A stretch of DNA of 64,000 nt from a virus, in the IMG/VR virus record IMGVR_UViG_3300042446_001683; one strand, 5' to 3'. Each line of letters starts with the position of its first letter. The first letter of the stretch is position 1. The translations under genes were made by a program, and so were the position numbers. The notes under the pieces were generated by a model. That model saw only the letters and a list, made by a program, of their open reading frames with translations, did not search any database and was not told the origin of the DNA. Shown one piece after another: positions 57,791 through 64,000 of the stretch.

Positions 57791-57799
57791 TATTATATT
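57771..57799 (+). promoter_or_regulatory. TTGGCT-N17-TATATT promoter
   Basis: Upstream of GT2 gene. Confidence 0.65.
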
Positions 57800-57806
57800 A
57801 GGTTAT

Positions 57807-58442
57807 ATGAAAATTAGTTATGGTTTAACAGTTTGTAATGAGCATGAAGAATTATTAAATCTCATTACATATTTAAAAGATAGAATAGATTCTGAGGATG
57901 AGATAGTTGTTGTTTATGATCAAAACAGAGTTACTGATGAAGTACTAAATGTATTAGATCAATATAAAAATGATATACACTCACACCCATTTAATTTCCA
58001 GCAAAACTTTTTAGAAAATAAAAACTTTATGAACAGTAAATGTTCTGGAGACTATATTTTTCAAATTGATGCTGACGAGATACCAGAAGAATTCTTAGTT
58101 CAAAATCTAAAAACAGTCTTAGAACTTAACCCAGTTGACTTACTTATCTCACCTCGTAAAAATTTAGTTCCAGGTTTAACACCTGAACATATACAAAAAT
58201 GGGGATGGATTGTAAATGAACAAGGATGGGTAAATTGGCCTGATTGTCAAAAACGTATCTACAAAAATGATCCGTCTATTAAATGGACTGGACATCAAGT
58301 ACATGGTATGGTTGAAGGATATAAAACTTATATTGAGTTACCACTTCAAGAAGAATGGAGCATAATTCATAATAAGACTATTGATCGACAAGAAAAACAA
58401 AATGAACGTTACGCTAAAATAGATTTAGGACAATTAAAATAA
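57807..58442 (+). CDS. Glycosyltransferase family 2
   Basis: ISYGLTVCNE, GDYIFQIDADE (DXD), W...VH. Confidence 0.85.
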   Translation: MKISYGLTVCNEHEELLNLITYLKDRIDSEDEIVVVYDQNRVTDEVLNVLDQYKNDIHSHPFNFQQNFLENKNFMNSKCSGDYIFQIDADEIPEEFLVQNLKTVLELNPVDLLISPRKNLVPGLTPEHIQKWGWIVNEQGWVNWPDCQKRIYKNDPSIKWTGHQVHGMVEGYKTYIELPLQEEWSIIHNKTIDRQEKQNERYAKIDLGQLK

Positions 58443-58448
58443 ATAAAA

Positions 58449-58859
58449 ATGGAAAGAAAGTATTTACCAACATTAAGTGAATTGATTGATCGTCTATCAA
58501 TTACACAGTTAAAAGAAGTATTCATTACAGATCATAAAGCAGAATATGCCGCTGAAATAGCTGATATAGTACATGATATTCAATTACATTTAGATGAATG
58601 TAAAGAGCCAATCACCGCTGAGACAATTCGTGCTATTGTAGTTTTATCACAAATGAATCTTCATATCTGGCATAATGAATCAAATGTTAGAAGTGGGAAA
58701 TCAGGACCAAATGCATTAGCTTTAACTCATGGGTTAAATGGTATTCGTAATACATCTAAAAATCAAATTCAAGAAGTAATGGGTGGTCGTAAAGACTATA
58801 AAATTGATTGCTTAGCAGCTGATTTTAAAGATTGGGAAATATCATGGAAAACAAAGTAG
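58449..58859 (+). CDS. Helical hypothetical protein (DUF4254-like)
   Basis: ELIDRLSITQLK, NLHIWHNE, N..RN..K..I. Confidence 0.5.
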   Translation: MERKYLPTLSELIDRLSITQLKEVFITDHKAEYAAEIADIVHDIQLHLDECKEPITAETIRAIVVLSQMNLHIWHNESNVRSGKSGPNALALTHGLNGIRNTSKNQIQEVMGGRKDYKIDCLAADFKDWEISWKTK

Positions 58860-59074
58860 ACTATCCAAATATGAAATCTACAGTTAATACTCAAGGAGAA
58901 GTAGTAACTCAGATTATACATTTTGTAGGTGGAATTAAAAGAACATACCATGGTATATTAACATCATCTATAAAACAAGGTCAATTTACTAAGTTTAAAT
59001 GTATTGATGGAAGTATGGTTATGATAAATGATGAAAATGTTTTATGTATTGAAATTTTTACTGAAAAGTTATGA
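58844..59074 (+). CDS. Hypothetical protein
   Basis: IKQGQFTKF...DGSMVMIN; start 58832 or 58844. Confidence 0.5.
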   Translation: MENKVDYPNMKSTVNTQGEVVTQIIHFVGGIKRTYHGILTSSIKQGQFTKFKCIDGSMVMINDENVLCIEIFTEKL

Positions 59075-59574
59075 TAATAGGAAATGGAAGTGTAGCCAAA
59101 GTTCTTACAGATAAAGAAGATATTGTATTTTTTGCCTCAGGAGTTAGTAATAGTTCATGTTTAGATGAAAATGAATATACTCGTGAATTTAATTTACTTA
59201 AAACTGTCCCAACTGATCAACATATAGTATATTTTTCAAATTTAGGAATATATTATAAACATGATAGATACACTCAACATAAACGTGAAGTTGAGGAGTA
59301 TATTCGAAATACTTTTAAAAGTTATACTATTGCTAGGATAGAAGTATGTGAGTGGGTTAAAACACCTCATACTATTTTAAATTATTTTAAAAAACAATTA
59401 AGTGAAGGAATAGAACCTGTAATTCAAGATACTACAAGGTATGTTTTAAGTTTAGAAGAATTTTTATATTGGGTGAATTTAATTCAACCTGGTGTAAGAA
59501 ATGAAATGAACATATTAGGTAGAAAATTGACTATAGCTCAAATTGTTGAAGAAATAAAACAAGGTAAATTATGA
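59071..59574 (+). CDS. Short NAD-dependent epimerase/dehydratase-like protein
   Basis: MIIGNG, FFASGVSNS, YFS, Y..HK. Confidence 0.65.
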   Translation: MIIGNGSVAKVLTDKEDIVFFASGVSNSSCLDENEYTREFNLLKTVPTDQHIVYFSNLGIYYKHDRYTQHKREVEEYIRNTFKSYTIARIEVCEWVKTPHTILNYFKKQLSEGIEPVIQDTTRYVLSLEEFLYWVNLIQPGVRNEMNILGRKLTIAQIVEEIKQGKL

Positions 59575-60491
59575 TTCGAGTTAAAGTATTTTATTTAATA
59601 ATGCCATGGCAAATAGATTATGCTTTATTATCATATACTCAATTTAAAAAATCAAAGTATTACTTAAAAGACGATGTTGAAGTTACTATTGATACACATT
59701 TAAATCTTTCTAGTTATATAACAGATTGGGATAACAGTGAATTACCTAAAGAATTTTTTATTAAAAAGTATAATGATTTAGCTGTTCTTCTTAAAGACTA
59801 TAAACATAATTCAATCATATATGATGGTGAAGAAAATTATGGTCTACTAGACATGCAAAAGATAGCATACGGAGAAGAATTTGATTACTACATACCAGTA
59901 TGTCCTGATATATACTTTAGTGAACATTTACTTTTTTCATTAATAGAATCAGCTAGATTAGCACAAAATAAATATTTTGTTATAACTCCTGAGATACATA
60001 AAATGTGGGACAATACTTGGGATGAGATCACTAACAAAGAATATATGAATGTTCCTTATGAAAAATGGAATGATGTAGATATATTTGACATTAGGTATAA
60101 TCTAAAATCAGCAAGTAGTGATATGTTTTTAGAGCCTACAGCGAGGAGTAAATGGGCTATTTGGTTTGACATCTATAACAAAGCATTCTATGAAGACTTA
60201 TGCCCAGTACATGATGATTGGATAGGTTATGGACCTTGGGATTGGTACTCTAATTTACTTTCAGAGCATATTAAAGTTCTTGGAGTTGATTTTCAACAGT
60301 ATGTTTTAAGAGGACAAACTATTTTTGAATATTCTGTTGGTGATTGGAAAGATAGAGACATTACTAGTTCATATAAAGAATTTTTAAAAATAAAAGTAGG
60401 AGCTAAAGAACAAAGAGAAAAATTTGAAGCTAGAATGATGGAATACTTAAATAAAGGAGTTCAAATGATAAAAGAAAAAAATATTATATGA
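59571..60491 (+). CDS. Hypothetical protein, possible GT-A glycosyltransferase
   Basis: CPDIYF, GYGPWD; located in glycan island. Confidence 0.45.
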   Translation: MIRVKVFYLIMPWQIDYALLSYTQFKKSKYYLKDDVEVTIDTHLNLSSYITDWDNSELPKEFFIKKYNDLAVLLKDYKHNSIIYDGEENYGLLDMQKIAYGEEFDYYIPVCPDIYFSEHLLFSLIESARLAQNKYFVITPEIHKMWDNTWDEITNKEYMNVPYEKWNDVDIFDIRYNLKSASSDMFLEPTARSKWAIWFDIYNKAFYEDLCPVHDDWIGYGPWDWYSNLLSEHIKVLGVDFQQYVLRGQTIFEYSVGDWKDRDITSSYKEFLKIKVGAKEQREKFEARMMEYLNKGVQMIKEKNII

Positions 60492-61123
60492 TAAAAGAAA
60501 AATACTCAGGAGAAATTATTGACAATTTAATAAATTTCTTTAAATTAAATGTAAAAGGAATATTACATGTTGGAGCTCATAAATGTGAAGAATTAGATGT
60601 ATATTTAAAATACACAGACTCTAATAGTATATATTGGATTGAAGCTATAGAATATTTAGTTAAACAAAATTTAGATAATATACCTAATCTAAACATTATA
60701 AATGAGGTGATAGGTGATAAAGATGGAGTAGAAGTTGAGTTTAAAATAACAAATAATACTTTAAGTTCATCAATTTTAGAATTAGGTGAACATAAAGATT
60801 TACATCCTAATGTTATTGTTACCGATGTATTAAAATTAAAAACTAAAACATTAGAAACTATTTTTAATGAAAATTCATTACATGGTAAATTTAACACATT
60901 AGTTTTAGATCTACAAGGAGCTGAAATATTAGCTTTAAAAGGATTAAAAGATATAATTAATGAGTTTGATATTATCTACACTGAAGTAAATGAGAAAGAA
61001 ATATATAAAGAATGTTGTATTTTAGAAGATTTAGACTTATATTTAAATCAATACAATTTTGAAAGAAAATACTTAAACACATTAAATAACTATGGAAACG
61101 CTTTATACATCCGAAAACATTAA
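60488..61123 (+). CDS. FkbM-family methyltransferase
   Basis: LHVGAH, IEA, SSSIL, LDLQGAE..L.G, TEVN. Confidence 0.85.
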   Translation: MIKEKYSGEIIDNLINFFKLNVKGILHVGAHKCEELDVYLKYTDSNSIYWIEAIEYLVKQNLDNIPNLNIINEVIGDKDGVEVEFKITNNTLSSSILELGEHKDLHPNVIVTDVLKLKTKTLETIFNENSLHGKFNTLVLDLQGAEILALKGLKDIINEFDIIYTEVNEKEIYKECCILEDLDLYLNQYNFERKYLNTLNNYGNALYIRKH

Positions 61124-61715
61124 AAATCTTAATACTAAAGGATTTACAGTTATAGATAATGTCTTATCTTTAGATTTAGCAGAAAAAATTTATGATGCTT
61201 ATAATGAAGAAACTGAATGGGATTTATTTAATCAAGTAAGAGAAAAACATTACAGTCATGTTTTTAAATCACCTAACCCATACCTTCCTCAAGAGACAGA
61301 ATCTTACTCAGCTAAATTTAATAGGTCATCTAATTTAGAGAACTCTAGTTTAATCACAAATACATTTAATAACATATTAGTACCGTTATTAAAATCTGTA
61401 TCCCCATTTCATGTGGATGAATTTGATGTTAGATGTTATAAATTAGATAAAGATAATCATTATAGAACACATATTGATGATTACGCTGGGACTATTAATT
61501 TAATTTATTATGTTAATAAAGAATGGAGATGGGATTGGGGAGGAATATTAAATATAGTATCACATGATGATTTAGAATTATGTGAATCCATTTTTCCTAA
61601 ATTCAATAGAGTAGTATTACTAAATAATAAAGTATTTAGATCACCTCACTTTGTCAGTTCTGTTGAGTCATTTGCTTTAAATTCTAGATATTCTATTGTC
61701 TCATTTAATAAATAA
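61092..61715 (+). CDS. 2OG-Fe(II) oxygenase
   Basis: HID, YYVNKEW...WGG, PKFNR, H.V, R.S. Confidence 0.85.
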   Translation: METLYTSENIKNLNTKGFTVIDNVLSLDLAEKIYDAYNEETEWDLFNQVREKHYSHVFKSPNPYLPQETESYSAKFNRSSNLENSSLITNTFNNILVPLLKSVSPFHVDEFDVRCYKLDKDNHYRTHIDDYAGTINLIYYVNKEWRWDWGGILNIVSHDDLELCESIFPKFNRVVLLNNKVFRSPHFVSSVESFALNSRYSIVSFNK

Positions 61716-61718
61716 AAT

Positions 61719-62600
61719 ATGAAAATACTTTCTAATTTTAGATCAGAAAATGATCCTTATTTTTTATTCATTAAACAAAGATACAGTAATAAACCTATCA
61801 CATTTTGGTATGATAAATTACCTGAGTCTATTAAACAGTTAGAATTAAATCCTTACAATTTTTTATTCTTACATGAACCAAATGAATTTTTTGGTTATCA
61901 TACTAATACGCTTAAGTTAAGTCATTATTACACAGCTATATTAACATGGAATGATATGTTATTAACTCAATGTGATAATGCTATTAATTTCACTTATAAT
62001 GGGCAAACATTAGATGATGAATTTATAAACAATATTAGTGGAAAAGAATTTAATATTTCATTTTTATGTGGTACTAAAGAATTAGTTGATGGGCATAAAT
62101 TAAGACAAGAAGTATATAAATTAAAAGAAAAAATTCAAATCCCTAAAAAATGGTATTATGTTTTAGATGATTATGATCAAGTAACTAATACTAGACCTGG
62201 ATATACTGATTATTCTAAAGATTTATCTCATATTCCTCAAGGAGTAGATCCTATAGGATATGGTAGAAGAGTGTTGTTTAATAATTCTATGTTTAATATT
62301 GTTATAGAAAATGTAAACTACAATAATTGGTATAATAAGATAGGTGATAATTTTTTAACTAAAACTATTCCATTATATTGGGGCTGCCCTAATATAGCTG
62401 AGTTTGGGTATGATGAAAGAGGTATCATTAGATTTAATAATGAAAATGAATTATTAAATATTATTAACAACTTAACACCTGAAATTTATAAAGATATGCT
62501 GCCTTATATTAATCACAATTATGAATTAGCTAAAAAAGATACTTTTGAAAATAATATAAGCCAATTTTTTGATAATTTTTTTAATATAAATAACATATGA
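61719..62600 (+). CDS. GT10 (fucosyltransferase)-like glycosyltransferase
   Basis: FNIVIEN...KIGDNF..KTIPLYWGCPNI. Confidence 0.7.
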   Translation: MKILSNFRSENDPYFLFIKQRYSNKPITFWYDKLPESIKQLELNPYNFLFLHEPNEFFGYHTNTLKLSHYYTAILTWNDMLLTQCDNAINFTYNGQTLDDEFINNISGKEFNISFLCGTKELVDGHKLRQEVYKLKEKIQIPKKWYYVLDDYDQVTNTRPGYTDYSKDLSHIPQGVDPIGYGRRVLFNNSMFNIVIENVNYNNWYNKIGDNFLTKTIPLYWGCPNIAEFGYDERGIIRFNNENELLNIINNLTPEIYKDMLPYINHNYELAKKDTFENNISQFFDNFFNINNI

Positions 62601-63073
62601 TATTCCCAGAAGTAAAAGTATACCAACCAGATGTATTTGAAGATTTTAGAGGTGAATTATTTACACTGTATAAACAAGAAGAAAGTGATTTACATTTTAA
62701 CCATGATAAAGTTTCTATATCAAAACAAAATGTTTTAAGAGGATTACATGGTGATAATAAATCTTGGAAATTAATTACTTGTTTAGCAGGAGAAGTATAT
62801 TTAGTTATTGTTGATAATAGACCTAATTCTGAAAATTATTTAAAATGGGATTGGATAGTATTAACAGCTAAGAATAGAAAACAAGTTTTAATCCCACCTA
62901 AATTTGCTAATGGTCATTTTGTTTTAAGCTCAGAAGCTACATTCTTCTATAAATGGTCTTACCCAGGAGAATATCCGGATGTTGAGAGTCAATTTACTTT
63001 AAAATGGAATGATCCAAATATAAACATTCACTGGCCAAGTAATAATCCAATACTATCAAAAAGAGATAAATAA
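62597..63073 (+). CDS. rfbC: dTDP-4-dehydrorhamnose 3,5-epimerase
   Basis: FEDFRG, VLRGLH, KLITC, VDNR, IPPKFANGH, WNDP.I.I.WP. Confidence 0.85.
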   Translation: MIFPEVKVYQPDVFEDFRGELFTLYKQEESDLHFNHDKVSISKQNVLRGLHGDNKSWKLITCLAGEVYLVIVDNRPNSENYLKWDWIVLTAKNRKQVLIPPKFANGHFVLSSEATFFYKWSYPGEYPDVESQFTLKWNDPNINIHWPSNNPILSKRDK

Positions 63074-63077
63074 GAAT

Positions 63078-63998
63078 ATGAAAAAAATAACAACACAAGA
63101 TGTAGAAAATATTGTTGGTTTCCCAATCAGCAATTATTGTAAACAAACTATAGAAGATTTTAATCTTGAATATCAAACTTTAACTCAACAAGAAAGAGAT
63201 AAAGTTATACTAGACATGATTCATCATATTAATCTAAATTTAGAAAAAGCAGGTAAACATCGTTTAGAAAAATGGGAAAATGGATGGGATGAGAATCTTG
63301 AACTATTAAAAGCTGGGAATCATGTAAGTAGTTTAGTTCCAAAATATTTTGGAAAGTATGATGTCATGAGGTGGAAAGGTGATTTTATAAAAAGTAATAT
63401 TAAATATTTTGATTATTATCAACTTGTTATATTAGTAGATGCTATATTACATGAATATATAGGAAATAAGTATAATAATGTATTTGAATTTGGTTGTGGT
63501 CCTGCTTATCATTTATTACGATTTGGAGAATTTAATAATAATATCAACCTAATAGGATTAGATTGGGCTACTTCATCACAAAATATTATTCAAAATATAA
63601 ATGAGTTAGGAATAAATAATAAAATAAAAGGATATAATTTTGATTTCTTTAATCCTGATTACCAAATAGACATTCCTGAAAGTAGTGCTGTGTTCACTTG
63701 TAATGCTTTAGAACAAATAGGTGAAAATTATAAGGATTTTATTGATTTTCTTTTAGTTAAAAAACCTGACATTTGTATTAATTTTGAACCAATCCCAGAA
63801 CTTTTAGATAAAGATAGTCTAGTTGATCAATTATGTGTAATGTATTCTGAAAAGAGAAATTATTTAAAAGGATATTTATCTTATTTAGAACAATTAGAAA
63901 GTGAAGGAAAAATTGAAATAATTCTAAAGAAAAGGCTATTTGGAGGTTCATTATATTTAGAAGGATACCCATCAGTAATATGGAAAATTAAAAAATAA
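63078..63998 (+). CDS. Class I SAM-dependent methyltransferase-like protein
   Basis: FEFGCGPA, GLDW, FDFF, ALEQ, FEP. Confidence 0.7.
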   Translation: MKKITTQDVENIVGFPISNYCKQTIEDFNLEYQTLTQQERDKVILDMIHHINLNLEKAGKHRLEKWENGWDENLELLKAGNHVSSLVPKYFGKYDVMRWKGDFIKSNIKYFDYYQLVILVDAILHEYIGNKYNNVFEFGCGPAYHLLRFGEFNNNINLIGLDWATSSQNIIQNINELGINNKIKGYNFDFFNPDYQIDIPESSAVFTCNALEQIGENYKDFIDFLLVKKPDICINFEPIPELLDKDSLVDQLCVMYSEKRNYLKGYLSYLEQLESEGKIEIILKKRLFGGSLYLEGYPSVIWKIKK

Positions 63999-64000
63999 TA

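Noticed and set aside
666-63972. All minus-strand ORFs and short nested plus-strand ORFs in the track
   Set aside because: They overlap well-supported + strand genes, lack recognisable motifs and are antisense or frame shadows
48783-63998. Bacterial chromosome origin for groESL and glycosyltransferase genes
   Set aside because: They are interleaved with T4-like clamp-loader genes and share the phage promoter motifs and start context
1-64000. Alternative genetic code, tRNA genes, introns or inteins
   Set aside because: Genes are full-length under code 11 with TAA, TAG and TGA all used as stops; gaps are too short or lack cloverleafs; PolB, NrdA and helicase have no large insertions

Overview
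This is a 64-kb segment of a large, AT-rich, T4-like contractile-tailed phage genome; every credible gene is on the + strand. The host is probably a Bacteroidota, inferred from the lack of Shine-Dalgarno motifs and a short NrdA with nrdB-nrdA order. Gene order: (1) 1-27.4 kb virion module: 3' part of the major capsid gene, phoH, neck, sheath, tube, tail chaperone, tape measure, baseplate, several Ser/Thr/Gly-rich fibres. (2) 27.4-36.4 kb replication: compact family-A polymerase, SSB, RecA/UvsX, 5' nuclease, DnaB-like helicase, nrdBA. (3) 36.4-38 kb array of proteins sharing an MKLSQLKQIIKEEI leader. (4) 39-47.6 kb 7-deazaguanine cluster (DpdA/TGT-like, queC, queD, queE, folE) with an HPRT-like PRTase, a MazG-like NTP-PPase and PolB. 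(5) Clamp, groES-groEL, clamp loader, PD-(D/E)XK nuclease. (6) 54.4-64 kb glycosyltransferase and sugar-tailoring island. Best leads not explained by the ORF track: a hidden ORF reachable by a +1/-2 frameshift on a U7 run before the tape measure gene; a candidate capsid-targeting leader on swappable cargo genes; a possible pre-replicative deazaguanine pathway; a three-way-junction RNA in a fibre 5' UTR; two recurrent promoter classes (ATATTTATA and TTGGCH-N17-TATATT); and possible phage-encoded virion glycosylation. All calls come from motif recognition by eye; no searches were run.
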